A DNA stretch of 41,851 nucleotides. Source: a virus (taxonomy: Duplodnaviria > Caudoviricetes). Below are positions 26,120 through 34,659 of this stretch, one piece after another. A program made the position numbers and the translations under genes. The notes under the pieces are model-generated. The model was given only the letters and a program-made list of their open reading frames with translations, did not search any database and had not been told where the DNA came from. Each line of letters begins with the position of its first letter. Position 1 is the stretch's first letter. The stretch lies in the IMG/VR virus record IMGVR_UViG_3300042807_000154, positions 1 to 41,851 of that record; one strand, written 5' to 3'.

Positions 26120-26626
26120 TTATTTTTTAGCGTTTATAGGTGCTTTACTCATACCTGCTTTAAATGCTTTAGATAAACTACTAAACGGCTTAGTTACTGC
26201 TTTAGCAGCATCTATAGCATTACCTATAGTTCTTAATCCTTGCTGATCAAAGTCGATGTCTAAATCAACATCACCTAAACTAGCACCTCTACCTAAACTG
26301 CCGGTATATCTATTGCCGTAAAATCGATCGCCCCAATCTTCTGGATCACGTTCTGTGTTCTTTGGCTCTGCTTTAGGTGCTTTAACAGAAGGTTGAGGCT
26401 TAACTACATCTTTAGTTGCAGGTTTTACTGATTTTTTTCGTTCATCAGAAAAAGCCATACGCTCTGCTGCTCTCAATGCGCTGTCGATACTATTGTACTT
26501 TGGGCTGTTTCTAGTTTGCTGAAAATATTTTGCTATTAAAGTATCGCCATCAGCAATCAACGAGCTATACACTTCATTAGCTTCTTTTTGATCTATAGAT
26601 TCTACAATAATATCACTAATTTTCAT
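26120..26626 (-). CDS. Hypothetical internal head protein
   Basis: Leader MKISDIIVE|S; K/P-rich linker. Confidence 0.65.
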   Translation of the reverse strand: MKISDIIVESIDQKEANEVYSSLIADGDTLIAKYFQQTRNSPKYNSIDSALRAAERMAFSDERKKSVKPATKDVVKPQPSVKAPKAEPKNTERDPEDWGDRFYGNRYTGSLGRGASLGDVDLDIDFDQQGLRTIGNAIDAAKAVTKPFSSLSKAFKAGMSKAPINAKK

Positions 26627-27426
26627 CGCTGTCTTCTTCTACCTGCTGCCCAGTAGCCTGCAATTGCGCCGATGCCAGTGCCTACTTTTTTATATTTATC
26701 TTCGTCTTTGCCCAGAGAAGTAGCCACTTTACTACCTATAGCTCTTCCGGCGGCTGCACCAACTGCGGCACCTGCTATCTTAGTTCCTAAGCCCGGAACG
26801 TCAGTTGTTTCATCACTTACACGATAATCTCTATACTTGAGCATAGTGTTGATAGGACTTAGTAGTTCACTACCAATACCTTTCTTTCTAAGTTCATGTG
26901 CTAGTGTAGCAACTACCATTTGCTGTTGAATGTATTTTAAATTAGCCCAATCAAGTATTAATCTACGTAGCTGCTTAAATCTGGGATTGCTTATTTTTAA
27001 TTGCTGTTCTAAACGATAAAAAAATGATGTTGCTCTACCCAAAGATTCGTTTCCAGTACCAATTACTTCACGTAAAAATTTCCAGTGATCTCTGTAATCA
27101 AAATTTAAACCTTCTAAGAATCTATCACTAATCAAACTATCTTCTAAATCAACTGTTTTGTTTTTAGGATGAGATACTTGGTAAGCTAACAAGTACAGGT
27201 CAGTAGCATGAGTTCTAAACAATGTATAGTTTCCGTATTGAGTAGTTTTGCTAATGTATCCTATTGCATACTCTCGTTGCGCTGCATCTTTAGTCATCAT
27301 GAAGGCAGCTATAGTATTCAAGTATAACAAATCTGCAATATCTCTACCGTTAAACTTAGTGAAGTTTCTTGTAGTCCGATAAAGTCTACTTTCGCAAAGT
27401 TCCGTATCAATAAACTCTAGTTGCAT
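26623..27426 (-). CDS. Hypothetical protein with C-terminal glycine-zipper-like helices
   Basis: Leader MQLEFIDTELCE|S; GAAVGAAAGRAIG and GTGIGAIAG motifs. Confidence 0.65.
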   Translation of the reverse strand: MQLEFIDTELCESRLYRTTRNFTKFNGRDIADLLYLNTIAAFMMTKDAAQREYAIGYISKTTQYGNYTLFRTHATDLYLLAYQVSHPKNKTVDLEDSLISDRFLEGLNFDYRDHWKFLREVIGTGNESLGRATSFFYRLEQQLKISNPRFKQLRRLILDWANLKYIQQQMVVATLAHELRKKGIGSELLSPINTMLKYRDYRVSDETTDVPGLGTKIAGAAVGAAAGRAIGSKVATSLGKDEDKYKKVGTGIGAIAGYWAAGRRRQR

Positions 27427-27428
27427 TA

Positions 27429-28700
27429 TTATGCTCCAGGTTTACCACTGCCAAAGTTTAGTCTACTAAATTCTAAACGGTCAACTAGTTTAAGTGCATT
27501 ACCCATACGATCAACAGCAACGAAGCCTTCTTCGCCTGTTACTTGATAACCATTTTCAGTTTCAATGAATGTTGGGATTTGACTAATAGTTGATAGTTTC
27601 CCTAACAGTTTGACCTTAGCTTCAATTATCTTTAAGTATAGATCGTACACTGATACGATCTGAGGTACATGTTCTTTAATAAACTTAACACCCTGCACCA
27701 TCTTCTCTCTAGCTTCATCTTGCTTGGCTGGCGTCTTATACTTTTCAATAGTCTTAGTCATGAAGTTGATATATTTTTCTACAAAGCCTTGTGCAAACTT
27801 TGTAGGATTGTCAAACGCACCTTGTCGCACTTGGTTGTTGACATGCGCTTTTAATTGCTGTACAAAGTCTTTACCAATAACATCAGTGCCGCGCTCTAAC
27901 CAAGCAAAAGTATTCGAATCGATGCCTTTTAGATACTTGTCAGCTTCACTGATAGCACCCATAATGTCAGCACTCTCTGCTTTAGTAAGTGTAACTGTAC
28001 CGCTTAGGTCTTTAATGGTAGCATCTCTATACCACACACTGGGTGTTTTACCTAAGCTGCCGCTGTCAAAGCCAAACTTAGCTTTAGTATCAGCTAGTGT
28101 GGGGCCGCCAACATATTCTGTATGGAATACAATACCAATATCTGCGGCTAGCATTTGCTTTGCTAAATCACTGTCAGCAGGCACTGCATATGTAATTGTA
28201 TTTGGCTTAAACACAATGTAGTTTTCGACGTCGATGTTTGCGCCTTTAATATCGCCTTTAGTGAATAATAAATCACCTTGTGCTACTGTGTTCCACTGTA
28301 GCTTACTTAAATTCTTTAGTGCTGCGATTAGTTTTTCTTGTAAGCCTTCTGCAGGGTGATTATTTTTAATGTCTGCAACACTGAAGTTCATCTTTGGATC
28401 TTGTGCAAACACACCCTTAGTACCTACAAAGAACTTTCCAGTAGCGGGGTCTTTACCACATACCACAGCAGGAGCACCGTCCCACTTAGTAGTAATACTT
28501 ACAGGAGCCTTAGCGTGACCTTCCAGCATTTCATGTAGACTGTAAAGATAGTTTACTGCTTCCTTAGCACCAGCAAAACCCTTGTTAAAGATATTATCTT
28601 CTAAGTGTTCAAGGTGAGTGTTCTTGCCTTCTTTAGATTCAAACAAGCTCTCACTGATAACTGAGGTTACTAATGGCTTTGATATTTCAATAAATCGCAT
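27429..28700 (-). CDS. Ligase-like nucleotidyltransferase (DUF6267-like)
   Basis: NTHLEHLED, TTKWDGAP (motif I KxDG), QGDLLF (III), EEGFVAVD (IV), LKLVD (V). Confidence 0.65.
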   Translation of the reverse strand: MRFIEISKPLVTSVISESLFESKEGKNTHLEHLEDNIFNKGFAGAKEAVNYLYSLHEMLEGHAKAPVSITTKWDGAPAVVCGKDPATGKFFVGTKGVFAQDPKMNFSVADIKNNHPAEGLQEKLIAALKNLSKLQWNTVAQGDLLFTKGDIKGANIDVENYIVFKPNTITYAVPADSDLAKQMLAADIGIVFHTEYVGGPTLADTKAKFGFDSGSLGKTPSVWYRDATIKDLSGTVTLTKAESADIMGAISEADKYLKGIDSNTFAWLERGTDVIGKDFVQQLKAHVNNQVRQGAFDNPTKFAQGFVEKYINFMTKTIEKYKTPAKQDEAREKMVQGVKFIKEHVPQIVSVYDLYLKIIEAKVKLLGKLSTISQIPTFIETENGYQVTGEEGFVAVDRMGNALKLVDRLEFSRLNFGSGKPGA

Positions 28701-28701
28701 T

Positions 28702-29463
28702 TTAAATACCTGCTAGTTTTTTAAGAGCTTCTAGTTCTTCGCTGAACTGGTCTTGCATGATCTTTTGTTTAGATCCAATTGCATATTCTTGAGTCCACTT
28801 CTTTTGCAGATCATCAACATTGTAACCAGCTTTAGAAAAACTAAGAATTTTTTTACCAGTCATTACAGCCCAATCCTTGTTAGTACGCATGTTCTTCATG
28901 TCGTTCTCTACACCTTGAACCATTTTTGCAGGCAAAGGTTTAGCTTGAGGATTTGGTTTGTAGGATCTCATCTGTTGTACAATTGCGCCTAGGTCTTGGT
29001 CTACTTGTACTGCACCTTGACGGGTATCGCCCTGCCCGGGTTTTGGCGCTTGAGGTGCTGCTGATGCAGCAGGTTGACCATCGCCGTCTGCATCTGCATC
29101 AGGTTGACCGTCACCGTCTGCATCTTTAGGACGCACAGCTTTACCAATCATGTTACCAATTGCGCCGCCTACACGGCCCATTACTTTGCCTAATGCACTA
29201 GCCTTAGGATCAATGCCTGCACCACTTTTTGTCCAAGCACCTTTAATCTTATCAAGCATGCCAGGCTTTAGCTTATTTCCCTGTGGATCTAGTCCTACAG
29301 ACTTCATTAAGTCAAAGTGTACATCTCTGGCTACTTGTGTACCGTCAGGATTAAGCCACTGCTTCTTAGCAGGATCCCAGCTAAATGTTGGTCCACTAGG
29401 AAATAATTTTTTCTTGGCTTTTTTGGTTAAATCAAAGTCTGATTCAAGTTCATAAAGACGCAT
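28702..29463 (-). CDS. Hypothetical protein with DxDGDG repeats
   Basis: Leader MRLYELE|S; DADGDGQP twice; C-terminal LEALKKLAGI. Confidence 0.7.
   Translation of the reverse strand: MRLYELESDFDLTKKAKKKLFPSGPTFSWDPAKKQWLNPDGTQVARDVHFDLMKSVGLDPQGNKLKPGMLDKIKGAWTKSGAGIDPKASALGKVMGRVGGAIGNMIGKAVRPKDADGDGQPDADADGDGQPAASAAPQAPKPGQGDTRQGAVQVDQDLGAIVQQMRSYKPNPQAKPLPAKMVQGVENDMKNMRTNKDWAVMTGKKILSFSKAGYNVDDLQKKWTQEYAIGSKQKIMQDQFSEELEALKKLAGI
29071..29125. repeat. Two 25-bp direct repeats, 30-nt period
   Basis: aggttgaccatcgccgtctgcatct / aggttgaccgtcaccgtctgcatct, encoding DADGDGQP. Confidence 0.85.
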
Positions 29464-29719
29464 CGTCGTCCCCTTGGCTTTCTTTTATAATTTTTTTAAT
29501 GCCTCGGGAAAATTTTGTGCCGTCCTTACCCTTAATACTGTTGATCAGTCTATTGGTAAGGTCTTTAGCAGTTTCAGCATCATAATAACGCTCCATCTGC
29601 TCGATAAGGTTAATAGCACTACGAATAACATGCTCACCGCGATTTTCAACTACGTGATTGCGGTCCCTATCAATTGATATTTGATTTAGTTCTTCGATAA
29701 TGCTACGATACTTGCTCAT
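29450..29719 (-). CDS. Hypothetical protein, first gene of the late cluster
   Basis: 89 aa; AAGGA RBS; late box at 29747-29754. Confidence 0.75.
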   Translation of the reverse strand: MSKYRSIIEELNQISIDRDRNHVVENRGEHVIRSAINLIEQMERYYDAETAKDLTNRLINSIKGKDGTKFSRGIKKIIKESQGDDDASL

Positions 29720-29746
29720 AACTTTCCTTTAAGGCTCCAGTGTAAG

Positions 29747-29754
29747 TATTTATC
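29747..29754 (-). promoter_or_regulatory. Late box GATAAATA overlapping the helicase stop
   Basis: TGA-TAAATA at the boundary between the replication and structural genes. Confidence 0.7.
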
Positions 29755-31132
29755 ACTTTTTGGCTTTTAGAAAGTCACGAAGCTGTAAGCTCTGACTTAC
29801 AGTATCTGCTGCTTGGGGTTCTTCTGCTTTAATACTACCACTACGTTTTAGCTGATCTAATAGACCTGCACTAGTAACTGTTTGCGAGTCTTCATCGCCT
29901 TCTTCTAGATCCTCAATTCGCAGTGTATCAGGATTAAACTTAAGATCAACCTTGCTACCTACACCGCTACTGCTACGTGTTTTCATAAACTGTATCTGAT
30001 AGCGTCCGCGCTCACGCATAGCGTTACTGGTAAAGATACCCACTACGTTATCTGCTGTGTTGATCTTACTGATACCGCCTGCAATGTGGCTGTGGTCAAA
30101 TTCAATCTCTTCTACAGCCGCACGGTTTAACTGCGATGCTGTGACTAGTAGCATTTGTCGTTCAACTGCTAGGTTACGCAATTCTTCTGATACATACTTG
30201 TCCTTAACGAACAAGTTTTCTGCGCTAATCTTTGCCGCAATAGGCATCATAAGATCCAAGTAGTCAACAAGTAAACAGTCTACCTTAACACCACTTTGGA
30301 TTTCATATTCACGCAAGAACGCACGAATGTCGTTGGCGTTAATACCGCTAGGCATTTGCTTAACACGAAACTTACCTGCGCCTTTGCCTTTCATACGTAC
30401 CTTAAGGTCAACATCATCTACGTTACGCATAATTTCTTTAGCTGCATAGCCACTTACCATACTGTCTAGTCGCATACTAATTAGCTGTTCACTAAGTTCT
30501 AGACTAATGTAAACAACATTTAGTCCTGCTAGACTCCAGTTAACACCAAAGTTCTGTAAGAACAAACTCTTACCTGCGCCAGAGCCTCCAGCGAAGATTG
30601 TGATCTCGCCTCGGTTAAGTCCACCATACAGCTTCTGGTCGATGCCTTTCCAACCGCTGCTAATAGCGCCGGCTTGCTGTTTGATCCACTCAAGTCGTTC
30701 TTTAGGATTGTCAAAGTAATCTAAACCTAGGTCCTTAACCAATCCTAGCTGTGTTGCAGCCTTGATCTTAGTTTCAACTTCACCGTAACGTTGCTTCTCC
30801 AGCAAGTCAGTGCTGTCAATGATTGCTTTTTCTAATGCTTTGTGTCTACAAAAAGTTTCAAACTCATCCATAAACCAATTCTGATGGTCTGGTGTTACGT
30901 GTTCAATCTTCTCTAGATTAAGTCCGCCAACAGCATTAATCTGTTCAATAGTAGGAATACTAGTGTAATTAGTGCTGTGGCTTACCAGTAAGTCTACAGT
31001 ATTCTTAAACTTGCGGTTAAAGAATTCGCTACGAACAATGTTCTGACAACGGGCAAACAAATCTGGATCGCTAATTAGGAATCGCAAGAAAAGTTCTTGC
31101 ACTTCTTCTGTGTATTCTTTTACATCGCTCAT
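29753..31132 (-). CDS. Replicative DNA helicase (DnaB/T4 gp41-like)
   Basis: GGSGAGKS, SLELSE, LVDYLDLM, TASQLNR, MKTRSS. Confidence 0.93.
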   Translation of the reverse strand: MSDVKEYTEEVQELFLRFLISDPDLFARCQNIVRSEFFNRKFKNTVDLLVSHSTNYTSIPTIEQINAVGGLNLEKIEHVTPDHQNWFMDEFETFCRHKALEKAIIDSTDLLEKQRYGEVETKIKAATQLGLVKDLGLDYFDNPKERLEWIKQQAGAISSGWKGIDQKLYGGLNRGEITIFAGGSGAGKSLFLQNFGVNWSLAGLNVVYISLELSEQLISMRLDSMVSGYAAKEIMRNVDDVDLKVRMKGKGAGKFRVKQMPSGINANDIRAFLREYEIQSGVKVDCLLVDYLDLMMPIAAKISAENLFVKDKYVSEELRNLAVERQMLLVTASQLNRAAVEEIEFDHSHIAGGISKINTADNVVGIFTSNAMRERGRYQIQFMKTRSSSGVGSKVDLKFNPDTLRIEDLEEGDEDSQTVTSAGLLDQLKRSGSIKAEEPQAADTVSQSLQLRDFLKAKK

Positions 31133-31836
31133 AGATAGTTTCTCGCCTCAAGTTCTTTAGTTATATAGTTTGCAATCACTTTATGTCCTGCTTTATTAGG
31201 ATGATAATCGGTGTCGCTTTCAATAAGATGTTTAACATTTGGATTAATAAATGATGTTAATGTTGTTTCTAAATAGTTTTCTCTAGACAAATGTTTGACT
31301 AGCGGATGTTCATTTTCTGGATGAATAAATGAATACGAAGATAAGGATACAAAAACAAATTTAATACCGCGTCTTTTAAAATATTCAGAAAGCAAAAAAT
31401 TTTGATGTATGAAGTTAGATTGCAATTCCACGTGAGATCTAATAATAGTAGTCTGCTTGTATAGCTGAATAGTTCTGTAAAAATCTTTTGGGATGGTTAC
31501 AAATTTTGTATTTGCAGTTAGGTCGAAAACCGGTTCATCGGAGCCGTCACAATATCCAAAGTATGTTTTTGTTTTTGCATCATACATCTCGGTTCTGCTA
31601 TATGGCTGTGTCCATTGAATAATTGCAAGCCAGTTACTAGTGTCTTTAATTTTATCAAAGAACTCTAATGTAGTACGAACTATTCTATGGTTACTTCCGC
31701 CTTGCCAAGCAAGGTTAACAGTTTCATCAAATCTATCAGACATCAAACTAGGCCAGGCCCAGTCTGTTGCTAACATACTCTTGTCCCAATCTTTATGTCC
31801 GTGGGTAAAACTGCAACCATTAACAAATAACTTCAT
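31129..31836 (-). CDS. SGNH/GDSL hydrolase-like protein
   Basis: NGCSFTHG, GGSNHRI, DYHPNKAGH. Confidence 0.7.
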   Translation of the reverse strand: MKLFVNGCSFTHGHKDWDKSMLATDWAWPSLMSDRFDETVNLAWQGGSNHRIVRTTLEFFDKIKDTSNWLAIIQWTQPYSRTEMYDAKTKTYFGYCDGSDEPVFDLTANTKFVTIPKDFYRTIQLYKQTTIIRSHVELQSNFIHQNFLLSEYFKRRGIKFVFVSLSSYSFIHPENEHPLVKHLSRENYLETTLTSFINPNVKHLIESDTDYHPNKAGHKVIANYITKELEARNYL

Positions 31837-32813
31837 AGCATCTTTGCCTTTACTTGTGCTTTAATTTTGTTGTCAGTAGAGTGCTTAATGATACTAGCAA
31901 CTGTAAGAAGCCTGCTATATTTAGCTACTGCATCGGCTGCATCTTTGACATTTTTATCCCATGGCGGAAAGCTCACTTCCCAACCTAGCGCAAGAGCTTC
32001 ATCGATTAGTTCTTTACCGGGTTCATCCCTATCAGGGCATAGTATTACTCGCTTACCTAATCTTTCAATCAGATGTGCTTGCTCAGGCGTAACATGATTT
32101 CCCATTACAGCAATGCCATCAATGCCGATTGCATCAAACACACCCTCTACCACAATAACAATTTCTCTGTCACTGTCCGCAAAACGGTCAATGTTAAACA
32201 CATAACCCGGGGGCAGCTTGTGTAGATATTTAGGAGTAGCTTTATCCGGTGGAGCAATGTGTCTGCCTGTCCAACCTATTACTTCGCCGTTAAAAGTAAA
32301 TGGTACTACTAACCGCTTTGCATACAAAGGGTCGTTTGGAAAGTATAGTAGAGGATATAACCCTTCTAAGCCTCGCTGTCTAGCATATTGTCGTACATCA
32401 TGATCTAAGGGCAGGTCTTCAATCATTTGCACATTGTCAGGAAGCTCTACAGTTTCAAACTTTGAAAGATTATAAACATATCCTTCTGTTTCTAACCCTT
32501 CTAGCTCTTCTTGACAGCGCATCAGATCAACTTGTACGCTGTGTATATCTGAATCAGATGCACCTAATCTAGTTGCCAAGTCTTTAAACTTTTGTCCGAT
32601 ATGCGGGCTAGGGCTCCAACCAGTTGTATATTTGCAGTTAAAACAATTATAGGAAATTTTTGCGCCGCTGGTTATGATACCTGCTCGCTTACGCTTGTCA
32701 GAACACATTGGACAATTGAATGTGTTCCAGCCGCTAGGCGTTCTGGTTGTACGAATAGGTAAATTATTGAGCAGTAAACGATGTACGCTTTCTACTATAG
32801 AGTCAAGATCCAT
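31833..32813 (-). CDS. DNA primase (Zn ribbon plus TOPRIM)
   Basis: CPMC..CFNC, VEGVFDAI, PDRD. Start set at ATG 32813 (MDLDSIV) because the track start lies inside the promoter. Confidence 0.9.
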   Translation of the reverse strand: MDLDSIVESVHRLLLNNLPIRTTRTPSGWNTFNCPMCSDKRKRAGIITSGAKISYNCFNCKYTTGWSPSPHIGQKFKDLATRLGASDSDIHSVQVDLMRCQEELEGLETEGYVYNLSKFETVELPDNVQMIEDLPLDHDVRQYARQRGLEGLYPLLYFPNDPLYAKRLVVPFTFNGEVIGWTGRHIAPPDKATPKYLHKLPPGYVFNIDRFADSDREIVIVVEGVFDAIGIDGIAVMGNHVTPEQAHLIERLGKRVILCPDRDEPGKELIDEALALGWEVSFPPWDKNVKDAADAVAKYSRLLTVASIIKHSTDNKIKAQVKAKML

Positions 32814-32819
32814 AGTAGT

Positions 32820-32847
32820 ATTATACAACTTTATACAAAAAAGTCAA
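32820..32847 (-). promoter_or_regulatory. Sigma70-type promoter for primase-helicase, leaderless spacing
   Basis: TTGACT-N16-TATAAT; 6 nt to the ATG and no SD. Confidence 0.75.
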
Positions 32848-32850
32848 GCG

Positions 32851-33654
32851 TTAATTTCGGAGCATTACTTTATCTAATGTACCTGATGAATTATCCGGTG
32901 TATGGATAACTCGTATCCAGTTTGCGTTTACACTAAACGTGCTGTGAGTGATTGTGCTAACATTGCTCAACGCAATAGTTTCAATGTGGAACCAATCTTT
33001 ACTCAAATCATCGGTATCAGGTACGCCTACTAAGCAGCTACCTTGAATAGTAATGTTGCCAGTATAAGTTGTAGTATAAAGTGCAATGGTATGCTGTGCG
33101 TTTACAAAGTTATTATCTAAGTTACCATATAATGCACTACTTACAAATACATTTGAACTATCACCCAGTGAAGTATTTGCTAATTGGCTAAACACTGTTT
33201 CTACTTGGGTAGGAACAGGATCAACACTAGTTTGATCTGTAATCCTAATGTCTAAACGTACATTGTTGTTTTGATCTACAAACACAGGTAAATCCACATC
33301 TTCTTGTGTAGAACGTGTTATATGTATTTGATAAAGCCCTGGTTCAACGTTAACAAGATCGCCCTCTAACAGCACTAATTTAACAATGCCCACATCAGAA
33401 GTGTTTTCTAATACCTTTGTAAACAGTCGTTTTTTACTGTTAGGATCAATTAGATACGCCCTTAGCGTATCTGAAAACACATTTTGCAGTTTTCGATCCC
33501 TATTTCTGATGTTAAAGTAAATTTCGTTAGTTACACCTTTGTGTGCGCTCAGATTTCTATTGTTCATAGGTTTGTTATCCACATAAATACTACTAGATGT
33601 TACTACTAGTTCAATAGTAGTGTCATAAAGATAAAGTTTAAAATCGCTATTCAT
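32851..33654 (-). CDS. Putative structural protein (beta-rich, baseplate/adaptor-like)
   Basis: Start set at MNSDFKLY (33654), 5 nt after GATAAATA (33660-33667); HKGVTNEIYFNIRNRDRK segment. Confidence 0.55.
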   Translation of the reverse strand: MNSDFKLYLYDTTIELVVTSSSIYVDNKPMNNRNLSAHKGVTNEIYFNIRNRDRKLQNVFSDTLRAYLIDPNSKKRLFTKVLENTSDVGIVKLVLLEGDLVNVEPGLYQIHITRSTQEDVDLPVFVDQNNNVRLDIRITDQTSVDPVPTQVETVFSQLANTSLGDSSNVFVSSALYGNLDNNFVNAQHTIALYTTTYTGNITIQGSCLVGVPDTDDLSKDWFHIETIALSNVSTITHSTFSVNANWIRVIHTPDNSSGTLDKVMLRN

Positions 33655-33659
33655 ATTAC

Positions 33660-33716
33660 TATTTATCAGAGTAGTGTTCCAATAACAATGAGTTTTATAG
33701 AGGTATTTAATAAATA
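33660..33716. promoter_or_regulatory. Divergent pair of late boxes
   Basis: GATAAATA on - (33660-33667) and AATAAATA on + (33709-33716). Confidence 0.6.
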
Positions 33717-33724
33717 TCAACAAC

Positions 33725-34090
33725 ATGCAAGAACATGACTACGCACAATTAGAATTTCTTACCGGGCTTCATTATATAGAAAAAGACTATGTTGGTATTG
33801 TTGTAAACCACGATAATGCTATAATAACTTTTTATGATGTTGAACTTATACCAACCACAGAACTAAAGCGAGAATTTTTAGAGCTAGGTGATATGTGGTG
33901 GTGGGAGAGCAACCGTATGCTGCCCATAGACGTATTTTTACACCACGAAATGAAGCCGTTTAAACCCTGCTTAAGGACATTTGTAATGAAGGATGTAGAC
34001 GTGCTCTTTGGTCCGCTTACTAGTCTACACAACTTACTTAAGAAGCGCATTAAGCGCCGCAGTATACAGCTAATCAGAAAAACAGATTAA
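33725..34090 (+). CDS. Hypothetical phage protein
   Basis: 121 aa filling the gap between - strand genes; YVGIV and WWWESNR motifs; basic tail. Confidence 0.8.
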   Translation: MQEHDYAQLEFLTGLHYIEKDYVGIVVNHDNAIITFYDVELIPTTELKREFLELGDMWWWESNRMLPIDVFLHHEMKPFKPCLRTFVMKDVDVLFGPLTSLHNLLKKRIKRRSIQLIRKTD

Positions 34091-34659
34091 GCAAGCTCGC
34101 AAATTAAATTCATTTGCACAACGATAGCAACAGCATAGGCTACAGCATGGCTATGCTTAAAGTAATAGCCCTCAACGGGTTTATCCCATACAGTAAGTGC
34201 AATCTCGTCCCAGCTTTTACCAATAAGATGTTTTTTACCAGGACGAATGATTGCTAGTATCATAGCAAGTTGTTCTACGCTAGTAGGTTTATATTGTGCT
34301 AAGATCTTAGCATAATTACTAACATGAAACAATTGACTTACGAATTCTTCATGTTGCAACAAGTCCCAAAGCGGTTCAGTATCTATTAATTTTGTAAGAT
34401 GTGCTTCATCTCTAACATCTTTGTAGATGCCGTTATTAAGTACGTCTACTTTAAACCAACCGTCTTCTTCGGCAGTTTCATAGTCAATACTACTGTAACC
34501 GTCTAATGGAAAGGTTGGTATAGTTTGGAAGTACACACCTGTATTGTGCTTTGAGTAGGCGCCGTCAGTGTTTCTAATACTAGCAGGCGTATGATTAACT
34601 AACCGCAAGAAGTCATCACGGTTAGCCATATCAATGTCTACGTCAAAGTCAATCTTCAT
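34087..34659 (-). CDS. Miniature DNA polymerase III alpha (DnaE)-like catalytic module
   Basis: DFDVDID, KHNTGVY, FKVDVL, LAIIRPG and YYFKHSHAVAYA match the DnaE motifs PDFDVDF, HAGGV, KFDFL, ALYRPG and YGFNKSHAAAY in the same order. Confidence 0.8.
   Translation of the reverse strand: MKIDFDVDIDMANRDDFLRLVNHTPASIRNTDGAYSKHNTGVYFQTIPTFPLDGYSSIDYETAEEDGWFKVDVLNNGIYKDVRDEAHLTKLIDTEPLWDLLQHEEFVSQLFHVSNYAKILAQYKPTSVEQLAMILAIIRPGKKHLIGKSWDEIALTVWDKPVEGYYFKHSHAVAYAVAIVVQMNLICELA

Noticed and set aside
34087-34659. dnaE pseudogene
   Set aside because: No frameshift or stop, catalytic motifs selectively retained, and no adjacent remnants.
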